From NCBI GenBank assembly GCA_964016885.1, contig OZ024741.1, positions 337,280,001-337,344,000 on the forward strand: DNA of 64,000 bases, in the 5' to 3' direction. Source of the stretch: Eledone cirrhosa. Taxonomy: Eukaryota. The notes under the pieces are model-generated. The model had not been told where the DNA came from. It searched no databases and worked only from the letters and a program-made list of their open reading frames with translations. Shown here in pieces: positions 1 through 11,344 of this stretch. Position 1 is the first letter of the stretch. Each line of letters opens with the position of its first letter. Made by a program: the position numbers and the translations under genes.

Positions 1-1521
1 AGGTCTAGTCAATCAGTACTAACCTGATCTGGTCACTCAGTACTGACCTGGATCTAAATTTAAAAAAAAAAAAATTAAAAGAGACTTTGAAATATTTTAA
101 AAATATTTTTTATATGGAGGCTGTAGTAGTGCCTATGGTTTTCATAGGTCTCCTGAGACCAGAGAGATCGATTGTCATAGATGTTCTGTGTTCTGTTTAA
201 ATTGTTGTGGGTTCACTTCTTTGGAAAATACATGAGTAGAGAGGGGTGGGAGTAGTTTTAGAAGACTGGCATTGTGGGGTTGTGAGCAGGAAGGATTGGA
301 TGTAACAGTTAGTGCATGTGCTGGGTGGAGTGCGGTAGACACATCATAGGTGAAGCAAGGAAGAGATAAATGAGTTCCAGTGGGCCCATGTTCTGAACAG
401 GAAAAACTGGGAGTAGCAGTAAGTTTGGGGTATGTGCTGGGTGGAGGTGAACACAATATGGATGATGAAAGGAGAAGAGAAGTGAGTCAGGAGTTTCTTG
501 GTGGGGGTGACATAAGGGGAAACAATATTTAATCCATTAGCCATATTTATACTTGTTTCTTAATTTTTATTTTTTTCATTTTCTTGTGGGGTAGGGGTTC
601 TTTCTTTTTCAACTTTTTGGGGGGAGGGTCTCTTTTAATTTTCTTTTTAGAGAGGACAGAGGGGGCTCTCTTTTATTTGAATTTCTTTTACTTAGTAAAA
701 ATCATATAAAAACTTTATAAATGTTTCATAGGATATAAATATATTTGTCTCTTCAAGTAAGATAATTAAACTATACAGGCAGGGAATTAGCAAATTCTTG
801 TAGTATTTATTATAGTTCTCTAAAATATGAGTTTTAATCTTACCAAGGTCAACACTGCATTCCACCATTCAGGATCAATATAACAAAGGACTAGTACCAG
901 GCAGGAGTTTGGGTTAATTTTTATTATTACACCCAGGGTCCCCTCACACTTACAGCTAGAGAACGAGTTAACTAAAGAAATGAGTAATTTCCTGAAATTT
1001 GTTATTCCTATGATTTTTTTAAATGTATTTTCATTGAATATGGTCTTCAAAACCATCATAACTTACTCATTTTCTGTAGTTCCTTCACCTAAGGACTCTT
1101 TGTTCACACCAGGGTGCCATTAGACTGACAGTTGAAATAAATTCAGTAAGAGTGTTAAAGAAATATACATTAAGTGGGTGATCTGAGTTTAACACTGTAA
1201 TTTTATTTTTGTCAACCTGAAACTAGTATCATTTTGTTGGAAAGCTAGCAACGAATTCCAACCTACCAATGTGTATGTAACAACATTTGTATGTAACAAA
1301 TATTGGAAATCATTGAGTTTATGTAAGATTTATATGTTAAAAAGGTTGTCAATGAACTCAAATCTATGCATACATGTGTTTGGGCATGAGAGAGGGGGGG
1401 GGGTAGAAAGATATATATATAAAGAGAGAGAGAAGGAATGCAAGTACATGAACACAGAAACAATGGGCTTCTGCAGAGTTTATGTTAACCAAATTCACCT
1501 CTCGAGCTAATGGTTAACCTG

Positions 1522-1620
1522 TAGCTAGGGTAGAAGACACTTACACATGTTATCCTGAAGCAGTATCGAACTTGTAACTCTGCAACTGTAAAACAAACTT
1601 CTTAATCACATAGCCATTCT
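1522..1620 (-). mobile_element. Degenerate tRNA-derived SINE head
   Basis: The reverse complement reads TGGCTATGTGATTAAGAAG (A-box-like) ... GTTCGATAC (B-box-like) ... AAGTGTCTTCTACC and is similar to the + copy at 6625-6880. Confidence 0.55.
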
Positions 1621-2331
1621 TGGTCACATGTCCAAGTTCACAAATATTCTTTATAAGGACGAGAATCTGTGACATTTATGTCTTTCACAATGGTTTTAGA
1701 AGTTAAATGAGTTTGATTGGCTCCAGTTGAAAAACTGTCCATCAGAAGTTTTCGTGGTGGAACCAGAAATATATAGTTGTCAGAAAAAGAGTTTGTTAAA
1801 TATTTGTAGAGAAAAACTTTTGTCTGAAAACTATATTGAAAATAGAGCTATATTCAGCATCTAAACAATGGCGCATTGGACCAAATTGCTATTATTTTAA
1901 TGAAGTCTTTTTTGTTTCCTTTCATGTGTGCGTGTAGCTTTCAATTATTGTTTCTGTCTTCAACAGCCGTAATGCCATGACATGAGAGCTAGTGATTTTA
2001 AGGGTTTGGGAATAGGGAAGCTATGCAACTGAAAACTAAGTTAATGAACTTGGCATGTTCCCAAGTAAGGTCACTTATTTCTCTGACCTGCAGCCTTACA
2101 GTTTTATCTTGTGTGCCATTTCAACAGAAGATCAATAGAAGCCGATAGAGGAAAAACAAAACCAGAAATACCTTGTTTTATGCCTATGAAAATATGGAGA
2201 AATTTGTAATCAGACTAAACTATGAATGTCGCATATAATAAATCGTCATGTAGATAAAATATTTCAGTATCAAATAACATCTAAATAAATATACATATTT
2301 GTGTGTGTGAATATGTATATATATAATATGA

Positions 2332-2379
<48 letters not shown>

Positions 2380-2600
2380 AAGAATGAATAATAACAGGTA
2401 GACATCATAAAAAGGTAATTTATTCTGTGTGCTTACAAATGTTTCCACGGTGGTTATACAGCCTAGTTATGTTATGTGCAAATTTATAACTATTTGCAAA
2501 ACTCAATTATCAAATGCTGTGACCACTGTATCATCATCAGCAGAATGGTTAAAATGTAAATCTCGCGGGATTCTCAATTAAACATCCTAATCACCGTTTT

Positions 2601-2831
2601 GTGACCACACTCGCCAACAAGACCTGGCAACTCCATGAACGCAACCAACAGTTCACCTTGAAATGGGATATACTTTCCAGCGCTAGTGCATATCAGAGTG
2701 GATTGAAGTACTGTAGGTTATGTAACCTTGAACTCTTTTACATCTTAAAATCCAAAAATGATAGAATCGAACGATCATTATACTGCAACCACAAACTGAA
2801 GGCTAAATTCTCTCACTATAAAATAACCTAA
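2601..2831 (+). pseudogene. C-terminal fragment of Penelope-like GIY-YIG endonuclease
   Basis: TTLANKTWQL...LKWDIL...Y...CRLCNLELFYIL...CNH matches the T.L...W.L...W.I...Y...C.LC..E...I...C.H tail typical of PLE endonucleases. Confidence 0.7.
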
Positions 2832-3050
2832 CATTCGAACCCATAACTATAACATTGCTTTCTAGCTAACTACTTTCTCTCAATAACAACTTCTTAACTA
2901 TATCCCCCACACTACAAGACAATACCCTGCTTATCACTATAAATGGATACTTAGTGCAATTTGTAGCCTACAACTATGAACTCAATGTACACCCATCCCA
3001 TAGCTTTCGTCTGTCCCTGTCCCCTCTCTATCTCTCCCCTCTCTATCTCT

Positions 3051-3091
<41 letters not shown>

Positions 3092-3383
3092 CCCTCGGTC
3101 CACCTCCCTCCCTCTCTACATCTATGAACCTGCCCTCTGTGGCAATAAATAATTCCAACCTTAACTATCAACGCATCGCTTAAGGTTGTTGCTTTAAGAG
3201 TAACCAGTATAATAAAACCCCTACCACAACATTTTGATATCTGTATTCTACAAACCACTCTCTCCCATTTCTCCAACCCCTGCATATCTCTCTCTCTCCC
3301 TCTCCCCTTCTTTCTCTCTTCCTTTTCTACTCTATCTTCCCCAATAACCTCACTTAAGGGTATTTACATTTTACATTTTAACC

Positions 3384-3494
3384 ATTCTGCTCTGATGATA
3401 CAGTGATCACAGCATTTGATAAATAGTTATAAATTTGCACATAGCATAACTAGGCTGTATAACCACCGTGGAAACATTTGTAAGCACACAGAAT
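3384..3494 (+). ncRNA. Type I hammerhead ribozyme-like motif in Penelope pLTR
   Basis: CTGATGA at 3392-3398, long stem II (TACAGTGATCACAGC / GCTGTATAACCACCGTG), GAAAC at 3471-3475, minimal stem III AC-ATTT-GT, GUA cleavage triplet at 3480-3482, stem I GCT/AGC plus ATTCTG/CAGAAT. Confidence 0.65.
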
Positions 3495-3689
3495 AAATTA
3501 CCTTTTTATGATGTCTACCTGTTATTATTCATTCTTTATCTACACTCCGGAATATAGAAGGATCAGGAACTGAGTTTCTTCAACTATTCTTCCATAACTC
3601 GTTGAGTAACCCCTCACCATACGTCAACTCTATCCAGTGTAGTAATTAACCATTACTGCATCCAGGATAATCCTATACCTAATATATAT

Positions 3690-3720
<31 letters not shown>

Positions 3721-3721
<1 letters not shown>

Positions 3722-3769
3722 CATCATCATCATCATCATCATTTTACGTCTGCTTTTCCTTGCTTGCAA
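3721..3769 (-). mobile_element. Extreme 3' end of RTE LINE (family of 28776-31733)
   Basis: The reverse complement TTGCAAGCAAGGAAAAGCAGACGTAAAA(TGA)n matches 31689-31733, and (TA)n flanks both sides. Confidence 0.7.
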
Positions 3770-3789
3770 TATATATAATATATATATGA

Positions 3790-3931
3790 CACTGTAATGT
3801 GCTTGGCATTATGAAGGGCATCCAGTTATAGAAACCAAACCAAAATACACATCCCTATGAGCAAAAAGTGGTTTCCAGACCTGGCTTGCCACATAATGTG
3901 ACAACCCATCTAACCCATGCAATGATGATGA
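3790..3931 (+). mobile_element. RTE/SINE shared 3' tail fragment
   Basis: GAAGGGCATCCAG..TAGAAAC...GACAACC..TCTAACCCATGC(ATG)n, homologous to 15525-15700. Confidence 0.65.
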
Positions 3932-4544
3932 TATAAATAGTGAAGTGAATATAAAATGTTATATCTAAAATCACTTAGTCTGAGGGAGAAGTTGTAATAT
4001 AAAAAATTATGATAAATTCACATTTTTATCTGTCAAATATTTGCATTTCACTGTAAAGATTTGACATGAAACTATTGTGAATTTAACCTAATTTTGTATA
4101 TATATATGATGATGATCTCCAGGCAGAAAGAGCAACGTGAAATTCTTTAACTACTAAACTACATGCTAGGAGTTGCAACCAGTAGATAGTATCAGCAATG
4201 GAAAGACCAATGGAAGCATTGCTGTTTTGAACCAATTTGATGAGTTTCACTGCACTCTGTAAGTGAGAGAAGACTGGGATCATATTGATCGATTAAAAAG
4301 ATATGTATATGTTGATGATGATGAGAATGATGATTAAGTTGAATAAATATAATCAAAGATCAGCATTTATTTTGACTGAACTGGTACAACTGCCAAAACA
4401 AGATATTTTCAAACAAAATGACAATAAGTCGAAATGTTAAACTCCCACATTGAATATTTTGTCCAGAGATCTCCCCTGCATGCTTATGAATGGATAGTAT
4501 CAAGAGAAAAAAAAAAATTTCTAATTGACAATGAATTCCATAAA

Positions 4545-4660
4545 TAAATATGGAAATTAAAAGAGGACTTAGCCAGTAACAGATTTAGAGATATTTTGCC
4601 TACAACAGTAAAAAAGAACAGATAGAGACATTTAATATAGAAGAGCATTAGGAGTTCCTG
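4545..4660 (+). mobile_element. Internal RTE LINE fragment
   Basis: GCCAGTAACAGATTTAGAGATATTTT...GCCTACAACAGTAAA...GAACAGATAGAGACATT...GGAGTTCCT aligns with 13155-13270. Confidence 0.75.
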
Positions 4661-4746
4661 AAACCAAGCTGAAAATCCGCATAAGGTGAAACATTTGTTC
4701 TTGGTATGGTGAACTAACTGTTGTGAACTACTTCTATATATATATA

Positions 4747-4925
4747 TCATCATTATCATCATCATCATCATTTAACGTCTATCTTTCACGCTAGCATGGG
4801 TTTAGACGGGAATTGTCCCACGTGAGGCAAGATTGGTTGTCTTGCTCGTATAGGACTGTCTGGCAGGTTTTCTACGGCTGGATGCCCTTCCTAACACCAA
4901 CCACGTTTACAGTGTGGACTGGGAG
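4747..4925 (-). mobile_element. RTE 3' UTR/tail fragment inserted in (TA)n
   Basis: Closely matches 25925-26100, with a (CAT)n tail and CTGGATGCCCTTCCTAACACCAA. (TA)n lies on both sides. Confidence 0.8.
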
Positions 4926-5109
4926 GATATATATATATATATACTTTATTTTTGTATTTGTTTTTGCAAGACTTTTTATGTGAAAACATGTTTTGAAACA
5001 GATATTGTTACTCTTTCGGGGGATTATGCATCCAAAAAAATGCATGCATGGTGCATATGTTTTTATTGGCAGCATGACCCTTCCAAAGTATTACAATATA
5101 TATACACAT

Positions 5110-5440
5110 AAAACCATCACTATTTTACACAAGTTTTCCATGCTGGCTTAAATTAGATCGGTTGTCATGTTCTGACATCATACAATGCCCTGCTTATACA
5201 TTCCAGCTTGGTTTGGTGTCTATGGCTGGATGCTCTTCCTTGTGCACCCACTTTATAGCATGTAGTGTGTGCATTTTATTATGACATCAAAACTACCAAT
5301 TAACATAGTGGCTGGGGTACATTTTATCATGGCATCAGCACTACCACATTGCAGAGTAGGCTGGGTGCATTTTATCGTGGCACTTGTACTACTACTTTAT
5401 AGAGAGGCCTGAGTGTATTTTATTGTGGAATCGACACCAT
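5110..5440 (-). mobile_element. Old RTE/SINE tail with several ~41-bp internal units
   Basis: TTTCCATGCTGGC...GGCTGGATGCTCTTCC followed by repeated GGGTGCATTTTATCGTGGCAC-like units. Confidence 0.55.
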
Positions 5441-5446
5441 TATTCC

Positions 5447-5630
5447 AGAACATAGTTGAAGGAGGAGAAAGGAGAGGCAGACAAAGAAAATCCCAATCTA
5501 ACAACATCAATGACTGGACAGATCTCAACACTGTGACCTTCTCTCTGTATTACTGATGAGAGATATCAGTGGTGATTGTTGACTGCTAGAGTTGATCTGA
5601 CAACATCAAGGATTGGACCGGTCACAACAC
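5447..5630 (+). mobile_element. Degenerate 3' coding end of a different RTE-clade LINE
   Basis: Translates to VEGGERRGRQRKS..NNINDWTDL, the typical RTE C-terminal G.R.RGR...W.D.I.DW motif. Confidence 0.55.
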
Positions 5631-5743
5631 TGCAGCCCCTATGTTCAATATGGGGGATAGATCAGAGGCAACTGATGATTACAAAAACATCTAGAGTGGC
5701 ACCCCAATGTCTGGCTGCATCAGTTACAGAAACTTCATTGATT

Positions 5744-6000
5744 CATCATCATCATCATCCTTTTATGTCTGTTGTTCCATGCATGCAGGGATTAGACAGG
5801 TCCTTTTCAGAACAGCATCTCTCCACTTGCTGCAATTCCTTGTCATCTCCTCCATGAGCTTCAACAATCTGGGATCAGCTCTCACCATTTCCATCCAGGT
5901 GTTCCTTGGTCTTCCTCTACTGCAGCTTCCTTCCATTGGGATTACTTGGCACTTCTTCACCCAGCGATCATCATCCATGTGCATCACATGTCCATACTAT
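5744..6000 (-). mobile_element. RTE LINE 3' fragment
   Basis: ORF 5763-5987 MHMDDDRWVKKCQVIPMEGSCSRGRPRNTW...WRDAVL is homologous to the end of ORF 31088-31714, followed by a (TGA)n tail. Confidence 0.85.
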
Positions 6001-6350
6001 ACTAATGCAGTCTCCTCTCCTTACTGAAGAATAAAAAGCAAAGTGAGGCCTAGTAAAATTTTAAATCAGAATGTAAAAGTAAAATAACTAAATAATGGTA
6101 ATTGACAATTCTGCAAATGAAATACCAAATGTTTTACTGCATTAAGTTTTTATCATTCTTCATTAAGAGTTCACATCTTGAAAAGTTCAAAGATTAAAGA
6201 TCAGCTTTGCTTTTAATATCTTTGGGCCCCATCAAAATATTCTATGGTAGATTCTGTTATCAGAGAAGTGGAAAGTCATTATCGATGTTTTAATGATCCA
6301 ATAGACAAAAGTTAATCTTTTACAAATATAAAGATCAATAAAACCAGTGC

Positions 6351-6612
6351 TTATCTCTGATTTAATGAAGTGTTATAAGAAAATGAGAAATAAATCTTCC
6401 ACTGGCTAGGAAGCTGGTGTATCACAGGTATGTAATAAGGTCAATTCAATCAGCTCTATTATTGATCTCTTCCAATTTGTTGGTCTGGTGCTATTACTAT
6501 GGAATCAATGGAATATTTACTGCCTTGCAGTGTTACTTGTGATAAAACCAGTTTCTTATCAAATGGAAGATTTATTTCTCATTTTCTCAATACTGCATTA
6601 AATTAGAGATAA
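6351..6612. mobile_element. MITE-like element with ~80-bp imperfect terminal inverted repeats
   Basis: 6351-6430 (TTATCTCTGATTTAATG...AGAAAATGAGAAATAAATCTTCCA) is the reverse complement of 6533-6612. Confidence 0.65.
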
Positions 6613-6624
6613 TATATGAATATA

Positions 6625-6880
6625 AGCATAGCTATGGGGGTGAAAAAGTTCTCTTTTCAACTATGTGGTTTCAGGTTCAATTCTACTGTGTGACACTTTG
6701 AATAAATGTTTTTCTACCATCGTTTCTAGTCAGTCAAAGCTTTGAGATTGAAATTTGGTAAACAGAAACTGTGTGGAACCTCACAGAATGACTATTTTCT
6801 ACCATAGCTTCCAGTCAGTCAAAGCTTTGTGAGTGAAATTTGGTAGACAAAAACTGTGTGGAAGCCTCACAGAAGAACTA
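6625..6880 (+). mobile_element. tRNA-derived SINE with internal ~80-bp tandem duplication
   Basis: B-box GGTTCAATTC. The segment TTTTCTACCAT...CAGTCAAAGCTTTG...GAAATTTGGTA...AACTGTGTGGAA..CTCACAGAA occurs twice. Confidence 0.65.
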
Positions 6881-7259
6881 TTGCTGTACTTGATGAGTAT
6901 ACTTAATCTGTCTCTTGGATAAACACCACAACTTGACTGTTGGATATCATTTGTGGAGTACATAGTACACTACAAACATTTTAGCTAGGTTTCTACTTTC
7001 AGGATAACTTCCACCTGTGTCAAAAGCACTGAAAAATGTTTTAGACACTGACTTCCCTCCTCTTGGTTAAATAGCTAAAAACAAAGGGCTGTTAACTCTT
7101 GATGGAGTCATAGGGATAGCATTCTGACTCAACAAAAATCCTTACATAAAATTATGATGGAAGGTTTTTAGATGAATATAAACATTTAAAAGCAAATAGC
7201 TTTGAATTATACAACCGGGGGGTGATTTCATATAGTTTAGTATCAAGAGGATTGATAAG

Positions 7260-7490
7260 TTAAAGTTAAAGCCTGTTCTAAGCAGAAGGCTAGTGCTTAT
7301 CTCTGGTTTCCTTGGTATTAAGCAACTGAGAGTACAAGAATCTCCCTGGATAGGATGCCAGTCTATCATAGGTTTAACTTCACAGCTACTGCTGGTACTC
7401 ACTCTCAGCTGAGTATACTGTAGCAACATGAAATAAAGTGTTTTGTTCAGGAACACAACACACAGCCCAGTTCAGAATCGAACTGATGAC
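7260..7490 (-). mobile_element. SINE, minus strand
   Basis: The reverse complement has a B-box-like GTTCGATTC, then TGTGTTGTGTTCCTGAACAAAACACTT and CCTATGATAGACTGGCATCCTATCCAGGG, which resembles conserved central SINE domains. A related copy lies at 21350-21515. Confidence 0.55.
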
Positions 7491-7692
7491 AAATGAATAG
7501 TATTAACAAATGATATCACCCATGCTTTACTATCTACTCAGCAAAGATACTTGACTAGTATTACTTCAGTTAAGTAAGCTGCGAATATGTACCAGTAGGA
7601 GTTTAATCATACAACTGTATTAACTCTGTCACAACATATATCACATGACACCCATTAGCAAGAATTTGAAAAGTACAAAACAGCACTGTGAC

Positions 7693-7771
7693 CAGGACCA
7701 AATTTAGACATTGGGGGTTCTGAGGCAGTTCAGGTTTGGTGGGTCCCTCATATAACAACACACACATATGC

Positions 7772-7814
<43 letters not shown>

Positions 7815-7920
7815 CATATATATACACATAAGTAGGAAGAGAGAAAGAGAGGGGGCTCTTTTTGATGAGGAGGGCCCAGGGCAGTCACCTCCCCACTGAT
7901 CCCCAATAAATTCAGCTCTG
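7693..7920. mobile_element. hAT-type MITE with 8-bp target-site duplication
   Basis: TIRs CAGGACCAAATTTA / TAAATTCAGCTCTG (degenerate CAGGGCCGGATTTA-type); TSD ACTGTGAC (7685-7692) / GCTGTGAC (7921-7928). An empty-site homologue is at 20449-20490. Confidence 0.75.
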
Positions 7921-8059
7921 GCTGTGACAGCATCACATAAAAAATTAGTCTTAATTTACTGTACTGCAAAATTTTTCACAATGATCTGTCTATTATAGGA
8001 TGTGAAGAGTCAATTGAAACTGGTTTAAATAAGTTGAAACTTAGGCTCAAATATCAGTA

Positions 8060-8340
8060 CAACACCTCAATTTGACAGGAGACTGGAACGAAAGACATAA
8101 TCGATACCATCATAGAAGGGTAAACATAGATGTGCTGGCCATGTCTCTCATCTTAGGGACAAAAGGTGGACTAGTAGTGCCACAGAGTGGACAACAAAGT
8201 ATTGGAGAAGAACTAGAGGGTAACAAAAGGCAACATGGTGTGACAATCTGACCCAATAATTTGGTCCTCATGTGGCTCAATATGGCCATAGATAGGAAGC
8301 AGTGGAGGTCAACCAAGGAGTGATTCCTCCAACAGGTATT
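8060..8340 (+). mobile_element. Degenerate 3' end of RTE-clade LINE
   Basis: The frameshifted translation gives AGHVSHLRDKRWTSSATEWTTKYWRRTRG...WCDNL...WLNMAIDRKQWR. Confidence 0.65.
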
Positions 8341-8779
8341 TGAAGGCCTTGAATTTCAGATTTTTTATATCAAATAAAGTATTTTTAAAAACTTCAAATT
8401 TTCTTTTAAATGTTAACAAATTTTTTTAAACCTTTCAAGGTTTAAAAACCAAAATTAAAATTTTCAAATTTCAAATTTCAAATCAAAATTAAAAACAGGT
8501 TTGGGAATTTTATGTTCCAAATTTCTTTCAGCTTAGATTTTAGCTTTACTAAGAGAAAAAAAAATCAATTAAATTTTTTTTTTATATGCTATGAGTTAGT
8601 CAATAAATCAACCAGCCAGCAAGCCAATCAACCAATCTGTCTATCTAACTAATTTACTGTCTAGTTCACCTGTCTACCTACATAATTACTTATCTTTCTG
8701 CATACCTGTATGTGTTGTTTGATCTACAACTTCCAATTGTTATTCAAACAACTGGAGTGTTCCAGTTGTTTGAATAATG

Positions 8780-8895
8780 AAACAGCCTGCTCATGAAATT
8801 AACATAAAAGTGACTGAGCATTCCACAGACACTTGTATATTCTTAAAGTTCTCAAGAAAAAATTGAGCATTACACAGTGTATGACAAGGCTAAGT
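8780..8895 (+). mobile_element. SINE-like dispersed repeat
   Basis: AACAGCCTGCT..TGAAATTAA....AAGTG.CTGAGCATTC.AC.GACAC recurs at 20338-20402. Confidence 0.55.
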
Positions 8896-8899
8896 CCCG

Positions 8900-8981
8900 T
8901 GTATGTGTGAGTGTTGTTATATGAGGGGCACACAAAAACTAAACTGCACCGGGGGGGGGGGGAGTTCTAAATCGTGACCTG
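8900..8981 (-). mobile_element. Single arm of the hAT MITE family at 7693
   Basis: GTGTTGTTATATGAGGG...AACTGC...CTAAATCGTGACCTG is the reverse complement of 7693-7775. Confidence 0.55.
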
Positions 8982-9089
8982 ACCCACCTGCATGCCAATC
9001 TGTATCTTCATCTGTCTAGTTTCCCCTTGTTCTTTTTACTCTCCTTTTTCATGCTTTTAATTTCTTCCCTTCATTTTTTTCCATTCATG

Positions 9090-9330
9090 ATAAAATGCAC
9101 TCAGTACACCCTGTAAAGTGGTTAGTGATAAGAAAGACATCTAGCTGAGAAACCATGCTAAAAATGGTTAAGAGGGCAGATAACAACTGCTCTAGTGTGG
9201 CTGATACAATAAAGCACGCCTAGTACACTCTGTAAAGTGATTGGTGATAGGAAGAGCATCCAGACATAGAAAGCTTGCCAAACAAAGAGCTGGAAGTACC
9301 CTTCAGTTGTGTCAAAAACATGATGACATC
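9090..9330 (+). mobile_element. Two tandem RTE/SINE tail fragments
   Basis: AGTACAC.CTGTAAAGTG.TT.GTGATA.GAA...CATC.AG occurs twice (~9103 and ~9222). Confidence 0.55.
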
Positions 9331-9514
9331 CCTATTACTGGTACCATGATTACACTGAGGTTTGGTTCTTACACTGGAGATTACAAGAATATGTGTGATA
9401 TGGTTCCTGGAACATCTGAGAGATCATTGGCTCCAATTAAGTACTAACTTGGTCTATGATGACCTGTATAGCCCTTGCTAGCAGAGAGAACAGACATAAT
9501 AATTATAACAAAAT

Positions 9515-9744
9515 TAGTGTGTACAGTGCTCAGGTTCACTACAACTCATCAAAGGTGCATGTATAGTACATAAAATAATGTACAAATGTCAGGAAAGTGA
9601 ACAGGGTATGAGTCATGATAAACATGTGTGCGTGTGTACGGAGGGGGGGATATCAGGGGAATTTCAGGAAGCATGGAGGTTTTAAAGGATGCAGTGTCTC
9701 AGCAGCTAACATCTGATGCAAGTAGTTTGCTTCAGCAACTCTGA
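9515..9744 (-). mobile_element. 3' end of CR1/L2-like LINE
   Basis: The reverse strand gives RVAEA..KLLASDVSC*DTASFKTSML, matching the RVV..WN.LP..VV......FK..L terminus. Confidence 0.5.
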
Positions 9745-10030
9745 ATGATGTTGATGATGTTGATAATGTTGATGATGTTGATGATGCTGATGATGATGAT
9801 GTTGAGGATGATGGTGATGATAATGATGATGATAGTGATGATGGTGATGATGAGAATGGGGATGATGATGATTGTGATGATGATGATGATGATGATGTTG
9901 ATGATGAAGGTGGTGGTGATGAAAATGATGAGGGTGGTGATGATGATGATGATGAGGATTGTGCTGGTGATGATGATACTGATGGTGATGAAGGTGGTGA
10001 TAATGTTGATGATGATGATGGTTGTGATGA
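9745..10030. repeat. Degenerate (GAT)n microsatellite
   Basis: Direct reading; it produces the spurious poly-His and poly-Met ORFs. Confidence 0.95.
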
Positions 10031-10350
10031 ATTTTTGTTTCTACTTTATCATCATTAGTTTTGTAGCTCTCTCTCTCACACACACACACATATATACACA
10101 CTCTCTCACACACACACATACACATCTATAACCTCAGTCCTTAGCTCTGTGACATACTACACATGAAACCATCCCAGTGACAGTGACTGTACAAAACAAC
10201 CAACCTTCCCCCAACCACTAAACCATTGTTAAATAGTACATTCCTATTTCATCTCCCTCTATCATTAATTCTTCTCCCCCTTCCCACACCAGCCTCTCTT
10301 TCATAATTCTGTCTTTAAAGTGATATTATTCTCCTTCTATATTCACTTTG

Positions 10351-10408
<58 letters not shown>

Positions 10409-10411
<3 letters not shown>

Positions 10412-11344
10412 GGTGTGGATGATATTTGTTCACAATTTTCAACTGCTAATTTTATGCAAATTTTTTTTACTTCCGTTGTCACTCTTGTCTTCATAAAAAC
10501 AGTGACTATATTTCCATTATTTATTTTCAGAATAATTGATTATGAATAATTTTGAACCTCCAAATTTGTGGAAGAGACACGGAGTTCTTCTTGGAATCCG
10601 TTCCGGGAGGACAAATAAGGAAATTTCAGACTTTCTCAGCGTCAGCAGGAGAATGGTGGAAAAGGTCAGAAAGGAATTGGAAGATTCAGGATTCGACTAC
10701 AAAGCAACATCATAGAGAAAAACACATGATCGACGATCTGACGTCTTCAGAACGCCCGAGTTCGTCGCTGAAGTTCAGGATATCATCAACAATGAACCTA
10801 GCAAGTCAATGCGTGCCATTGCAAGGTAGAAAGGCATAGATGAAAAGCTCATTAGGCTGGTGGTACATGAAGACATTCGCTACGTTTCATACAAGATGGG
10901 GAAAGGACAATTTCTGTCAAAGGCGATGCAAGAAAAGCGACTGAAGCACGCAAAGAAGCTGATCAACAAGTTGAAACACCCACTGGAGCCAGACAAGCTG
11001 TGGTTTTTCTCCGACAAGAAAAACTTCTGCAAAGACCAGAAGATCAACACGCAGAACAACAGGTGGCTCGCTGTCTCATCCAAAGACGTGCCCAGAGTCA
11101 TGCAGACAAAGTTTCCAACAGTCAAGGTGACGTCATGCCACCTCACTTCTTCCCTGAGGGCCTCAAGCTGAACACCGATGGCTACATCCGCGTTCTGAGC
11201 AAGGTAGTAAAGCCCTGGATTGACCAGGTAGCCGCAGGTAGGCCGTACATGTGGCAGCAAGACTCAGCGCCCTGCCATACCAGCCGAAAGACCCAAGCCT
11301 GGCTATCAGAGAACTTCGTCGACCACACTTCACCTGACATCTGG
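10409..11344 (+). mobile_element. Tc1/mariner-superfamily (maT/DD37D-like) transposon, 3'-truncated and frameshifted
   Basis: Begins CAGGGTG after a (TA)n tract. Transposase fragments LWFFSDKKNF...QNNRWLA (10860-11171) and GDVMPPHFF...WQQDSAPCHTS...PDIW (11000-11344). The sequence stops just before the expected SPD.NPLD motif. Confidence 0.85.

Larger units (their letters stand above)
2377..3685 (+). mobile_element. 5'-truncated Penelope-like retroelement with inverted pseudo-LTR
   Basis: Arms 2377-2560 and 3370-3539 are near-perfect reverse complements and enclose a GIY-YIG C-terminal coding fragment. There is a hammerhead motif in the arm and (TA)n on both flanks. Confidence 0.8.

Noticed and set aside
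175-1059. Short minus-strand ORFs at the window start
   Set aside because: No recognisable motif. They may belong to a decayed element extending outside the window but cannot be assigned.
1945-2070. Possible exon (polypyrimidine-CAG acceptor at ~1966, GTAAGG donor at ~2065)
   Set aside because: Stops occur in all three frames and there are no supporting neighbouring exons. It could only be a non-coding exon, which cannot be supported without RNA data.
9706-10131. Poly-His / poly-Met ORFs
   Set aside because: Translations of a (GAT)n microsatellite. The same applies to 18379-18622 and the C/V/M/Y ORFs at 21629-22814.
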